From NCBI GenBank assembly GCA_964036045.1, contig OZ038378.1, forward strand, positions 96,038,001 to 96,102,000: a stretch of DNA of 64,000 bases. Direction: 5' to 3'. The notes beneath the pieces are model-generated. The model saw nothing but the letters and a program-made list of their open reading frames with translations, made no database searches and was not told the origin of the DNA. Of this stretch, positions 44,201-57,452 are shown one piece after another. Every line of letters starts with the position of its first letter. Position 1 is the first letter of the stretch. The translations under genes and the position numbers were made by a program. The stretch is from Eutreptiella sp. 'Long Island Sound 2002'. Its lineage: Eukaryota > Protista > Euglenida.

Positions 44201-47200
44201 ATCAACAATCATCTCAAAAATTGAAAAGGTATATTTGACTTGAACAAAAAAAAAAGGACACTTATAACACTACAGGTAAATGAATTTTCTTGCCAGCACA
44301 GCGCTGCACACACGACACGCGCATATCCATTTTTGCGCGCGACTTTGTCGCACATGCACATTTTTGGTTACCTGTAGCTGACAAGTACACCCACATTTTT
44401 CTTGATAATCCTAACTGCGGTACCAAGTTGCGGCGCGCTATCATCGCTGTTGGGCAGTGATTTCAGCGCTGCCCACGGCATGAAAAATAGAAATGCAGGC
44501 GGGACCTGTAGGGCCGGCCATACAGCAGCCCCGCATGAAAGGGAATGTACATGCTGTGTAGTTGGTGGATCTGCCCATTTTTTTGTTTCATGCTACATTA
44601 TTGCGAGGCCTGGCATTCCGATTTGCGAAACTACACCTTTTTGCTATATTTCGAACCAGAAAGCGAGGCCTCGCATTGAAGCGAGGCCTCGCATTCAACG
44701 GTCCAGGTTATTTGACGTAATTGCCAATATGCGAATTCTGCATGCGTTCAATTTTAGCAGAAACAATGAAAATCAAATCCACATATTGCGAGGCCTCGCA
44801 ACGCGTTGCAGAAAAATGCGTATTAACCTACACTTAGGGAGATGTATAGTGCAATATCCTTCTGCACGGAGACGTTTTCATACTCAGCAATACACGGGAG
44901 TACAAATTGTTGCAATGTCATGAAAAAAGTACCTTTTTTGCTGAAAAATAATTCATCAAAAATCAGGGGGAAAAAGAAAAAGGTAAATCACTGAAAAAAA
45001 CGACTTCATTTCTCGGTGCTTTTTTAAAAAAACAGCGGTACAAAAGTGTACCTGTTTCGGCTGCCTAAGACTTATGATATCGCAAAGTGCAGAATGAGGT
45101 GAGACATTAGTATGGGTTGGCATACTGCACCTTGACACCAAAAATGGCCGAAATGGCGCTATGTTGCATGATCTCACTTTCTCGAACCATTGGGACCGTG
45201 TAAGCTCTAAAGGTGGCCATTCGAAAGCTCAGTGTTGTGCTGTCACATCCTTACGCTGCATTTCTTTCGTCTAACCCAGACGATATGTTTCCAATGAGAA
45301 GTATGGTAGCAGTACCATTAGCAACTCAGCCATGCTCCAAAAAGAGGTTTCCGCAAAAAGCTTCTCTTCTCCAACAAGACCCAACCCCATCCGATCTGCA
45401 TCTCAGCACTTTGTGTCCATGCCAATGCCGCAACATCTGAGCTGTAGACTTGATCCACATAGGACGATGGTCATGATCGACTGACATTTTTGAATTTGTA
45501 GTTGGGGAACTCCAAGGACGTCTTCTTATGCTCTGTCTTTTTAATATTTTCATGCCGCCCCATGCCAGCCGCCGGAGCTGCAATGACCCTCATCTTACAC
45601 ATAGGTATTTAAATTCTGTTTTGTCTGTAAATTGAAAAAATGCACTTTTTTCGAACTTGAATCATCAGTCTTAAGGTGGCTGTCCAGATAATGTGGAAAA
45701 TAATTGTCAATTTCATGCTGCCCAGATCACTGTGGTTTGCATTCCATTTGCCAGGGCCGGAATGTACCCGAATGCAACTGCCGCGGCACCGATCGCCGCA
45801 AAATGAAAGTCAAGGAAATGCCATTTATGCAAATTCTGCCAGTGAGACAGTAGCGGTGAATTCCTAAATAGTATTCACGGTAGCGCATTTCATGATCTGA
45901 CCATTCAAATTTCCCCAGACCCATCGTCCCAGCGGATATCTGACGAAACCAACCCCTTTTTGAGCCTTTTTTGCCGTCTTTGTGTCACAAAGGGCTCATG
46001 TTCCACCATCCATCACCTTAGAAGAGGTAGCAATGTAGTCCTTATGCAAGACACATTAAGTAAGATGACTTTGTTGCCCTTCTTGGCTATACGATTGACG
46101 GATCCACACCCGACGGAGACTCTGTATTGGGCACAAAGTGTCCATTTTTAGAGCCTCATTCTCCGAGAAGGACGAAGTATGATGCTGGTGTTGCTAGTGT
46201 TAAGCGTATCCGGTGACACTCTTTGATTCAAATTTAACATCACTGTTGATTTCAAGGGTTCAAGAGGCAATTCGCATGAGTTATTCCCAGTTTTCGTACT
46301 TTATGAGTGAAATACACCATGGCTGACCTCAAAAGTGCTCGCAAAGTGCTAAAACCGGGAAAGATTCATGCGGACTGCCTCTTGAACCCTTGAAATCAAT
46401 GTCATATGTCGCATGGAGGCACCATTGGACACTTGCAAAAGAAACCAACCTCCTACTCCATGGTGACAGCCCTCTAAGTCCGTTTTTAGCACCTCAAAGG
46501 CCGAAACACACCATCGCTGACGTTAAAAGTGCTCAGAAAGTGCTAAGACCGGGAATTTCAGGGCGGCATGGTGAGATTTTGCCCCCCACCCCCCTATTTT
46601 GAGAGTGTTGGACTACAAAAAAAAGGTGTTGCATGCCATTGAAGCCATTGAACAAGTGTTGCAGGGGCCCAGCACCAAAAAACACCATTTTTCGCCCAAA
46701 TAAGGCCCTAAACAGCTATATTTCCACTCTTAATCACACAAATGTTGGTTAAAGTGATACTGTCACGCGTTCGTGTGACCTCAACTTGATCAACTTTGTC
46801 CCTCGAGCTAGGTGAGGCTTGCCAAGCAACAAATTGTCACCCTACATGCCTTTTACGCAAGATAATCTTCCAGAGGGTGCAAAAAGTGCCCCTTAATAGC
46901 TATATTTGCACTTTTGAGCCCACAAATGTGGATTAGAGTAATTTCCTCGTGATTTCGTCGTGATTACCAACCTGAGTGATATGTGGAACCCAACAAGACA
47001 ACTCGATCCATGCAAACACATTTCCATTTGCATATTGATGGTATTTCGAGTGAACTGGACTGCAATGCTTCAGTTCAACCCAGTGGTGGAGGACAGAAGC
47101 AAGCGTTAGGGAGCTTGTGGGTCCATGCTTGAAGGATCATACTTGAAATACCAAAGAGGAAATACCACAGTTGTGTCGGTCATTTTTTGCCAGCCTGTTC

Positions 47201-47509
47201 CATCTCTCCATTCAAGTGGTGGTTTGGCTTGCCGTTGTGGTGGTGGATGATTCTGCTGCGGTTCCAATGCATGATGCATGATGCATGATGCTCCACTTCT
47301 CTTCTCAAAGCAATGTCGTGTATCCCGCAAATCGGCGGTACTCTTCCAGTGTTGGCAAGGGAGCACCTGTGCATGTGGCTGCTGTGTTAAAGTTCCTGAG
47401 CGATGAGATGTTGGAGCTTGCGGGCAACGCATGAAAGGAAAGCAAGGAGAAACAACATATCACGCCTTGGCTCTTGATGGCCTGCACCGTTTGCCCCGGG
47501 CACATCCCA

Positions 47510-47800
47510 TGTTGCACGCATGCACCAACTGTGCACACTGCACGTAAGCATTGTCCACACTGCAGGCACGCATTGTGCACACTGCACGCACGCACGCACT
47601 GTGCACACTGCGCACACGCATTGAGCACGCTGCACGCACGCATTGTGCACACCTCACGCACACATTGTGCAGACTGCAAGCACGCATTGTGCACACTGCG
47701 GGCACGCATTGTGCATGCTGCACACACACACACACACACCTTGTGCACACTGCACACACGCACACACTGTGCCTACTGCACGCACGCATTGTGCACAGTG
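47510..47800. repeat. CA-rich minisatellite (~18-22-bp unit gcacgcattgtgcacact)
   Basis: About a dozen degenerate tandem units. Confidence 0.85.
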
Positions 47801-47879
47801 AAAGGGCATGAGGGAGCAGCAGATTGGTCTCAGTCCCATGTCCATTGTGCAAATGAGTTGTGCCCAAGCACCATGAGCA

Positions 47880-48570
47880 CAATGAGAGTTCTGGAAAACA
47901 AAAGGGTGCCGCGACACAGAGCGGAAAGGACACGGTGGAACGTATCCGAACATTGCTGCAGTGTGGAAAGTCCGATTGTGGTTTGCAAAATTGATTGGTT
48001 TCACCCACACAACCACACACTGTGGCTGGGTTTCAGGGCAACAGTGCGTTGCCGGCACAGTATCAATACCGGCATTAGTAAGCCGCTCGAGGGCGGCCTG
48101 GCTGCAAGGATTGGACAATGAACACATTTTGCATTTTCGTGGATGAATAGTTGTGAAGCATTTGACCATAGCCCACATCCAGCACATGCTAACCGCACCC
48201 TCTTTCTTCAACCTCTCAGGAATGGGGAAGCCTGTGGAACGATCCTGTCTTTACTTGACAATGGATGCGCCTGCAAACGCTTTTTACTCCCCTCAGGGTG
48301 GGTACGATTCTACTGTTTTTCCTACTCCTAAGCGGCCAAAGCGGAAGTACACAAACACAGAGTGAAAGTGCCGCCACACGTTTGTCACAAGGAATTTATA
48401 GGGATGCGGACAGCCGTACAAGATGGGAGTTCTCTTGAGGTTCTTTTGCCAGTTCCAGCGCTGCGTTGTGTCACAGTACAATAACTTGAGGCATCTTTTG
48501 TGTATGTTCTCATCGACGAGGATGGGCACAATCCGGTGCGTGTGGTTCGACAGCGATGTAATGTAGTCCA
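47880..48570 (-). pseudogene. Fragment of a related copy of the Academ-like transposase
   Basis: 48300-48570 is nearly identical to 43125-43388 (VPILVDENIHKR..ILYGCPHPYKF); the downstream part is more diverged. Confidence 0.8.
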
Positions 48571-48837
48571 ACAAGAAAGAGTTTCTGATGTCCCTTGCTT
48601 GTTGTTGATATTGAAAACCTTGATTGCTTTTCAAAAGATGTTTCCCCAAAACTGCAAACAGGTAAAGTCCACGAACAAGGAACACCACAAACAGGATCAA
48701 AGTCACAATTGTGATAAAATTCTTCCAAATCAAAGCATTGTAAGCAAAGAGGGGCTGCATATAGACAAATGAGGATTCAAATATGCAACTCAAATGGTTT
48801 TATAAACAAAACAAATGATTTTATGTGAAATCTGGCA

Positions 48838-51800
48838 TGACTCAGGCCTCCAAGATAGTACCAAGCACCTCATGTGCACTCTTTTGGATGAAATGGAGCT
48901 GGTTAGGAATCTGGGGCATAGGAGTTAGGCCAGACACAGGAAATGACTTGGCCAAGCAACTGAATTCAGAAACAGTTACAATCTGGAACCACAATAAGTA
49001 GTAGAATCCTTTGAGTATAGGGGTCCTGAGGTGGGAGACCACCAGGCTTCACCTACAAGGCCCAAGGCATGAAGTGCCTACTTTATTTCGGTATAACCTC
49101 CATGAGGGACGATACCTCCGCTCCTTTGAGTGGTACGGGTGAACTTCATGGGGGAGCTAGGGTTTTAACCCTAGTTGCCGAGAAAGTGTACTTAAAGCTT
49201 CATAACAGAAACAAAAATGTTTAAGTGTTAGTCTCAGCACTTCCTTAGGCAAAAGGGGGGGCTGTAGCCTGGATCAAGTACCCCAAGAAAGACATGGTAG
49301 TGACCTTTTCTTACTCCCCCCTGGAGTACTAGTTAGCTAAGCTAGTAGGACCAAGGAAAAAGGCTCAAATTACCCTGAAATTACCTCAGAAAATGGTGTA
49401 AACCTTCACAAAAGCTCCTCATCTGTCCATAGAAGCTGTTCACACTGCTGGTACCCTTTAGAAACAGCGTGATGTACTGTGAATGATGTCGCTCCGAAGG
49501 GGCATTCCTCAAAAGTAGCTGGCGTGAGCGTAAACCTTTGGAAAAACAGTTTGGGGGCAGTGGGGTTTGAACCCATGACCTCCTCCCTGGAGTCTGCATT
49601 GCTACCCACTAGGGTATGATCGAACGCTCTAATGCGGACTGTCATCACTGTATAAACAACGTATTTCAGTAATCGTCCTGACCAACGGCCAGGGCGGAGC
49701 AATACTCCTGATGGAGCCCACAAAACTCCAGGAGCTGAAAAAAATAGAAATAAGGACCAACAGGGAGTGAACCCTGTGGTTTAGCGAAAGGTTGAGCGAC
49801 CTAACAAGTCAAATCGCTAAAAAGTGACGATAAGACGTTAGAAATTGTCATTTATAGGCCCAAACTCAAAGTCGCAGACAAGCGCAACACAGCCGCGCCC
49901 AGAAAAGGGGTAAACGGCACTACAAGGCACTCGAGTAGAGAGGTGTGTGCCGTGTCTTGACAGAGAGAAACCAAACATTTCTGCATGGTTGCATCAAAAA
50001 CTTTTATAAAACATAGGGACAAACCTCAAAAACACAAACAGAAGGAAGAGCAGGCGAAATGTTCGCCTCTCAGGTATGCCAGTGTCATGACACACGTATG
50101 CATTGTGTTTGTCGTGGTTGTTTAGTTAAAGCGTTAGGGTTGTCTCCGTCGTGTCTCGGGGGGGTTGGGCGACTCCTGCATTCCCCCTGCACAGGTGAAA
50201 ACAAGGTTGAAAGGTATGCTCGACGAATGGTGCACGTAGTGCGCACGTAGGGTTAGAGAAGATAAAGTGCTCGCGATGCATGTGCCGGATTCCGACATAC
50301 ACACGTTGCCACGCTTCCTTGTGCATGCACCTACCTTCCCTTCTCCTCACAGGTCCAAAGGAGAAGTGTGTTTGCGTCGTTTGTGCGTTAAAGTAGGGTT
50401 GTTTAAGACGCCTAGACTTGTTTTGCGTTGTGCCGTCGTCTCTCATTCGCCATTCCCTGTTCTCCTTTTCGCAGATGACAAAACAGGCACAACAGGAGGC
50501 GTGCAAGCCACACAATGCAATTAAACGCTTAGGGTTGTTTATAACTCGCAATAGGGTTGTTTAAACGCTTGGGTTTGTTTTGCGTTCGCTTCACTTCGGC
50601 ATTCACACGATGCATGGTGAGTAAGGTAGGTAAGCCCAGGAGGAGCTCACCTTCTGGTTGAGTCAGTGTGGTTATCGTGGTTTTGGTCTCGCCTCCCTTC
50701 CCTGCATGCGTGCACACGATGCATTAAAGGGATTTGACAGTAGGCCAAGCGCTGTGCACGCGGTATGAACCCTTGCCAGGCTACCCAGGGCTTCGCCCTA
50801 CGTTCCATAAGGGAACGGGCGAAGTCCTTAAGCTTGCTTGCTTGCAACTTGGTTCAGGAACAGTGTATTATAGGGCACACTAAGAAGCGTATAATACGTG
50901 GAGTGTGTCTTGGTTCCTTTGTCTTGAACCCAGTCCATTGGCCTCTGTTGTACAGGTGGGAGGGTCAGGGTGAAATGGTGCAGTCCCTTGAGCCGTGCTA
51001 AAATATACGGCGCTGATCACACAATCAATTGACTGCGCCTCAGCCAGGAGTGGCGAGGGCAGTTCGACTCCATCGACATCGGCGCTGTGCACGCCACCTG
51101 TGCGCCCTTCCCCTCCAAGCCCTAGCAGGGAAACGTGTTGTGACGTTGCTGTTAGACCACAGTTGCTTAGCAGCGCTGTGTTCTCTTGTCTTCTTCACAG
51201 GAGGGTCATTAGGACCCACGACTTTATCTTCAACACCACCCAGTAGAGCGTGCGTGTAGGAGTGGTAGTCCTGCGTGGGGGCTTGAGCCAGTTGCAGTAG
51301 CGCTCGCCCACCAGGATGGTGCCACTGTAGGGTGTGTAGGACCTGTAGTGCGTGTGTCACAGTCCCACCCGTTTCCTGCAATTTTAGCAGGGTTGGTGGG
51401 CTGTGGCAGTGGTTAGGTCAGCGTTTTGGCCACTTAGCAAAATGGCGTTTTCATGCCTTCATAGCTTTTGGCCACCCCTCCCTTTAGTAGTCAGGTAGGT
51501 AGGAAAAACAATACCTGGATTAGTACGCTGGGTATTCCCCCAAGGTTTTGCGCCAGCACAGAATCTGGGCGCATAGGGGAGGGGAGACCCGGGGCGTACC
51601 CCGTGCCATCAATAAGACAACCCTCCAGGTTTAGCAAGCGTGCAGACCTTGGTAGAATTAGGACACAACTTCTGCAACTTGCTCTTAGGACCTCAGGCAT
51701 AGCACACTCACACATACCTAGGCAGACATGTATAGCGACCAGGTTAGGAAGGGTAGAACCCCATGGGTCTGGACCAGTTAGGGGTCCTAACTGTGGGCAC

Positions 51801-51838
51801 GCCTGTTCCCAAGGAGGGTGAACACACCTTGCTTGTCA
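48838..51838 (-). repeat. Gypsy-2 3' LTR (putative, ~3 kb)
   Basis: Starts TGAC after the PPT. The end is placed at a GTCA where sequence switches to AT-rich DNA; there is no partner LTR to confirm it. Confidence 0.5.
49552..49612 (-). pseudogene. tRNA-derived segment (Trp-like), not an intact tRNA
   Basis: TAGTGGGTAG (D-loop/A-box-like), GACTCCAG (CCA anticodon-loop-like), GGGTTCAAACCC (T-arm/B-box), CTGCCCCCA; the 5' acceptor strand is missing. Confidence 0.55.
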
Positions 51839-51847
51839 TTCCCCCCT
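51839..51847 (-). promoter_or_regulatory. Gypsy-2 polypurine tract
   Basis: AGGGGGGAA followed by TGACAAG on the minus strand. Confidence 0.8.
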
Positions 51848-52064
51848 GGTCATTAGCATAGCTAGCCACCGTTCATCGGTGGCTCCCCAAGGTCATAACA
51901 TCAGGGCAGGTCCCATGGCACACATGGTTAACAAGGCAAACACTCGCTGGTTGGCTGCAAACCTGATAGGCAGCCATCTGGCTCACGCTGGTAAGCATAG
52001 GCATGGGACTCCAGGGCACAGCGACGGTTGGTGCAGTGCTCAGAGTGCTCACTGACCCGGGAGG

Positions 52065-54955
52065 TTAGTTCCTCTTCTTACGCTGGGACAGGGTCTCAGC
52101 GGGGGTTAGCAACTGCCCCTCGCTGTTCTCAACGAGGTAGGAACAAAAGATGGGGTTGATACTCCCATCTGGCTGTATGAAGGCTGACATACGCTCTCAG
52201 GTGACCTCTGATAGCCCATAGCCGTCCCACAGGGTCAGGAAATTCCAGCCCTGTTTATACTCGTGGCGTGCAATACCTGCAACCACGTAGTAGCCATCGA
52301 CTGCCATTTCCTCGGGAGTCATCCCCTCGAGTTCGTCTGCCTCCTCAGGGGTGGCAGCGTTCTCCAGGTCCATACGCTCGACCTCACAGTCAGGCAAGCG
52401 CCACTCATCACACGATAGTTCATCAGGGGAGTGGTAGTGTCTGAGTTGCTTAGGAGCACACAGCAGCTCTGCACCTAGACAGGGGCTGCACCTCACATGA
52501 ATCCTGGATCCATCCATCCTGATAATACGATAAGGCCCAAAGTAGGGGTCCTGCAAACAGTTGCGGGGCCATGTGGGCAATCGTGAGTGGTGTACAAGCA
52601 CCAGGTCTGCTACCTTGAAACTGACAGGACGTCTCGTGCGGTTACGCCGGGTTAGTTCACGGTCTCGAACGCGTTTCAGGTTAGCTCTGGCCCTGTTAGC
52701 CACGTCCTGCCGGTGCTCCAGCCAGTCGCCAACTGGGCTCTTATAGTCCTCGGGGAAAGGGGTTTTGAAAAAGCACGCAGGACGCCCCCCATGGAACAGT
52801 TCGTGGGGGGTATAGCCGGTTGAAGAACTCTCTTGACAGTTCATGGTCCGAACGGCCCAGGGCAACAGGCGTACCCAATCTTCTGTGCGCTCCTGTTTCA
52901 TCAGAATCCTCAGATTCTGCTCCACCACACGATTCTGTCTCCCACAAAGAGGGTTAGACGTGTGCGTATAAGGTACACCTGTGGTTACCTGGACATTCAG
53001 GGCGTCCAGCACTCGCTTGTACCAACCGGTATCACTCCGGATGCGTACATCTTCATCGGAGTAGATCTCCTTAGGCGCCCCATAGGGCTCAAACCAATCC
53101 TCCAACAGGATCTTCACAGTCTGCTCTCCTGTGATCTTCTTGTTGCAGGGAAAAGCACGTGTGAAGCGGGTTTGACCACAGGTGACCACCAAACAACTAT
53201 CATAGCCACCAAACTTAGGCAGACCGTGGATGAAATCTGCGTACAACAGGGAGTTAGCACAGTAGGGTATGGGGAGACTCGAGACCAGTCCTCTGTCCCG
53301 TGAGTTGCTCTGTTTGCTGGCGTGACAGTCACAGGAGTCCACTATGGACTGCATACGGGCATGTAGTTCAGACTGGGTTAGTCGGCAGTAGAAACGCTCA
53401 CTGAAGAAAGCAGCAGACCGGTTGCACCCTGTGTGCCCGGAGCTGTGGTGTGCCCACTGCAGACAGCCGTCCAGTCGTGCCTCAGGCACAACTATGCGGT
53501 CCTCATAGTATAGGTACTGGTTATCTTTATACCAGCGGTCGCCATCTATTAGGCGTGCCTCTAGGCCATCACTGAGAGTACTGAGTACACATTGGTACTC
53601 AGCCTGGTAGTCTCTCAGGCTCCATCCCTCCAGTACACCTGCTGTACGCATGGATAGGTCCAGCTGGACATCCATACGTTGGAACGCTCCTTTGGCCAAC
53701 GCTTCAGAGCTCTCACCTAGGAGGGCGTCGAAGTTATTACGCGAGATGTAGTCAGCCATCTCGTTCTTTATACCTGGTATATGATGGACGGTCAACCTGA
53801 ACTGACTCCGGTATGTCCACCATCGTTTTAGTTTCGCTTTTTCAGGAGGCGGGCCCTTCTGAAATGTCTTCACGGGCTCTTGGTCACGGAGCCATACAAC
53901 AGGGTTAGTACCTAGAAGACGGGATCAGGAAGAGAGCACCAGCATCCCAGCCAGGAGTTCCTGGTCGTAGGTACCGTAGTTGGATCGTGCTTGATTCCAC
54001 TTCCAGTTCCAGTGCCCCAGAGGCACCAGACGTCATTTATTGGCGGGATAGTCATGCTTCAGGGTTCCATCGCGGTTCAGACGTGAAGTGTGAAACTGGC
54101 AGTGCGACAACCCATTGGGGTTCAGCTCCTGCCACTGGTATAGGGTACCCCCCCCCCCTACGTCACACGCATCTGTGACGAGTATTATATCCCCCTTAGG
54201 GCGGGGCACCCCCAGGCAGTTGGTGGAAGATATTTTCCTCTTTAACTCCTGGAAACAGGCCTCCTCCTTGTCGGTCCACCGCCAAGGGTTTGTCTTCTTT
54301 ATAAGGTCAGTCAGGGGGGCTGATGAATACGTCAAATTGTGGATATGGCGTCAGTAAAAATTGCAGGCGCCAATAAAACTCCGCACATCGTGTAGACCCT
54401 TCTTATGGTCGTCACGTATCTGCATGTCCTGTAGGGGCTGCATCTTAGACGCGGCTGGTTTCCACCAGCCATACCCCACGTCAAACCCTAGGTACTCCAT
54501 CTCCTCTCGCATAAACTCACACTTCTCGAGTTTGATGCGGAGGTGGTTTTCCTGACAGACGGTGAAAAACTCTTGCAGGAGGAGGATATGATCCTCTTGG
54601 GTATTGTGGGGCGGGGTATGGACGCCGCCTCACTACCGACCCTTGAAACTCTGGTTTGAGTTTGAGGTCCATCTGGACCAGTCTCTTACAAGTCAGGGGT
54701 GGGGGCAACGCTCCAAAAACCTCCTGATACTTGTGGATGAGCTTAGTGAGACGGGGGTCGAGATTCGTGCTCTCCACTTTCTCGGAAAAATCCTCCTCAG
54801 CGCGGAGGTTACACTTCCCTTTATCCTGCTTTTTTATACGCTGAAGCCGGTTCGGACCCCCGTGGCCATCTTTGGGTCACTTGGGGTCTGTATCTATGGG
54901 CCGGCAAGCCGCCATTGGCTGATATCATACTCTCCCATCCACTGACCTAACCTGA
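52065..54955 (-). pseudogene. pol: Gypsy-2 pol (RT with catalytic core deleted, RNase H, integrase, chromodomain)
   Basis: HHSSGH..CDC, ADF, SDED, RQNRVVEQ; RRRPYPAP joins directly to NTQEDHILLL at ~54603, so no YxDD remains. Confidence 0.9.
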
Positions 54956-57274
54956 TGTGATAGTGTGATAAGCTTGGCCATTCCAGCTATGAGCGGCCAT
55001 ATTCTATACCAAGGCGCCGCCGGCTGAGATTTATATATCAGAATATCAGGAATCAACAGGGTTTTCTTATCATAATGTTCAGCCTCCCGTTCTGATAGTC
55101 AATGTATCGGCGACTGTCAGTTGGCTCGCGATTTTGCGGTAACCAATTGGTTAACTGGTATTTCCAGATATTTTAGCGGAAACCCCGATGAAGGGTCAGA
55201 TTTCCTCAGAAAAGGGTTCGTAGCTTCCGCAATTTTCATGTTATACATTCGCAAAATTAATCTGATTTTTTCAGACATTCAGAATCGGATTTTCGACTTC
55301 GAGGTCGCCGCACTTGATATGACGAATTTTGAGTGGTCCTACATTTTTCCCCGATCACGAATCAACCTTCCTTTTGTTGTCTCCTTCATTTTTCTTGGAG
55401 ATATAGGCGAAACAAAATTGATTCGTGAGGCCACTTGGAAAGGTCATATCTCCGGCTCACGGCGAGGAGTTACAATTTTGAGATATGGGCTAGAATTGCC
55501 TTGGTCTCAACTTAATTCAGAAAGCATCAAACGCCTTTGATGTGTACATATGCTAGGTGTAGCAAGGGATAATGGTCAAGAGGGTAGAAAGTGATATATA
55601 ACCCTTGGACCATGCAACCGAATGATTCAATGCAACTTCCGAGTGTACCGCATGAGTGTTGGTGTTGCAAAGAATCTTCTCTTGGGTTCCTACGTATTTT
55701 TAACGTGACGTTATGTCCATGGAGGGGCATGGCATACTATGGTGGGAGCCACTCTTTAAGGGTATGTGTTATATGGATGGTATGTGCTTCGCTATGCTCA
55801 CGCCCATGTTATATATCTCCGTTTGTAGGAAGATATGTGGAGTCATACGTGGCGAGGGCTTTGCCCATGTCCCAATGGTGAGCCCCATAGCGCTACACTA
55901 AGTCTACCGCACATATAGTGCATGTGGGAGGGCTTACGGAGCGACCCACAAGCGCCACTATCAATTTTCCCATTTTCATGGTGCGTGTTGGGAGGAGGTT
56001 CGAAGGTGTCCCCATGCGTCCATGTGGGGATCCAAGTGGGGGGATTGTTTGCAAATGGTCCCAAGCAATTGTGTTTTGAACGATATGCTGATACCATGGC
56101 TGAGCGAAGTTATATACTATTGTGATGACTTTGGATTCGGCAATATTGGCATGTTTTTGACCTCATTTTATGCTCATTTTTGTATTTTATGTGCTCAACC
56201 GGTCGGCTAACAGTAAGGTTCCTAGAGATCCGTGAAATATGGTCTGTTGCTTATATGTTGGCATATGCTTCGGTGTTGCACTTCACCATATGCCGGATCA
56301 CGTGGTCACTTTGGCGTGGCACACGAGGCCTCACAAAATTAGGTCTCAAATTCGTGAGTTGACTTGTGAAGCATGGCATGTGTATATCCGGAGGGGTTTG
56401 GGGGCCAATGTTGGGATATTCTTGGGCATGGACCTTTGGTATATATCACCCTTGTATATTACTCTCTGGTTTGAACCATGCATGGATCATTTGAATATTT
56501 GCCGTATGCAGTTTTGAGTATACAATTGAATTTTGGGCACAATGGTGTGATTTGCCTAATTTTGCTATGTTGTGAGGTCATCCTCATGGGGCAATTCTCC
56601 AAGCCCAACCGACTCCAAGTGCAGCCAAGGTTATGTCAGGGTAGGGCATGGTCCTGAGTGCCACTCTAGGCCATGACACGCCACCTCCCCTATTGGGCTT
56701 GGATTTAGAGGCTTGGCAGGGAACACATTTTTGGGGTTTGTGCAGTGACTTTTGACCCATGGCATTTAGCCATCACATTTGACTTGGTTCAGGGCGTCAT
56801 GTTGGCGAGTCAAGGGAAGGTCCTGAGTCCAGGGAATGAGGGGTCTATGGCTGTGACTGTGTATGTTTGCCTCTTTCCCCAGTCTTTGCTTGATTTGTGT
56901 TCATATGCCAATTTCAGGGCTTCTTTTCCATTATTCTATTGGTGCAATTCTATGTACATGCCCAACCCCCGTGTCTCCGTGTGCACCGTGAGACGACCGG
57001 CGTGTTGAAAGGGGTTGTTGAGTGTCAACGCGGGACCTCAAACACCCTTGGAAGCCCTCAGTGTGGATTGATTGGATTTGGATTGTACTTGGGATTGGTT
57101 ATTGCAAGAGATCAGGGTTTGTGTGAAGGAGCCGTATTTTATTATTTTTTTTGTGGGAAAATGTGCAGGATAAGGCAAGATCATGCAGAACCTGGTGAGA
57201 AGCAAGACCATAGGATTGACAGGAAATGGTGGAAGGGGTACAGCAGGGGCCGGTCCTGGTAGGGACTTCCTTTA
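54956..57274 (+). repeat. Gypsy-3 5' LTR (putative, ~2.3 kb)
   Basis: Non-coding stretch between the Gypsy-2 breakpoint and the PBS; start uncertain by ~10 bp; ends TA rather than CA. Confidence 0.6.
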
Positions 57275-57286
57275 TGGTAGCAGAGG
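57275..57286 (+). promoter_or_regulatory. Gypsy-3 primer-binding site (tRNAiMet)
   Basis: TGGTAGCAGAGG, complementary to the CCUCUGCUACCA-type initiator tRNA 3' end. Confidence 0.85.
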
Positions 57287-57452
57287 GGTACCTGCCCCCT
57301 ACCGCTGCACCGGGGACTTGGGCCCTCATGAGCCCTGCCCAAGGACGCCCCGGGTGCAGATCGTGGAGTCCGTGGAGTCGACGCCGGACTGGGAAGCCCG
57401 AGAAGAGCGAAGATGCTCAGAACGGAGAGCCCTTGCAGGACATGGGCTAGAC

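Larger units (their letters stand above)
39502..45069 (-). mobile_element. TIR DNA transposon, 5568 bp, 34-bp TIRs, 5-bp TSD ACTTA
   Basis: Left CTTAGGCGGCCGAAACACGTACGCTTTTGTACCG vs reverse complement of right CTTAGGCAGCCGAAACAGGTACACTTTTGTACCG (3 mismatches); ACTTA at 39497-39501 and 45070-45074. Confidence 0.9.
48838..54955 (-). mobile_element. Gypsy-2: 5'-truncated chromodomain Ty3/Gypsy element (pol remnant, PPT, 3' LTR)
   Basis: RT remnants, RNase H (VTDACDVGGGG, YDQELLA), intact integrase frame, chromodomain (YYVVAGIARH..FLTLWDGY...VTW), PPT, then TGACAAG. Left boundary is tentative. Confidence 0.9.

Noticed and set aside
46320-46960. Short ~50-bp direct repeats about 190 bp apart
   Set aside because: Too degenerate and too few to support a defined element; likely an old tandem remnant.
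49552-49612. Functional tRNA gene
   Set aside because: The acceptor-stem 5' strand is missing and the anticodon stem does not pair.
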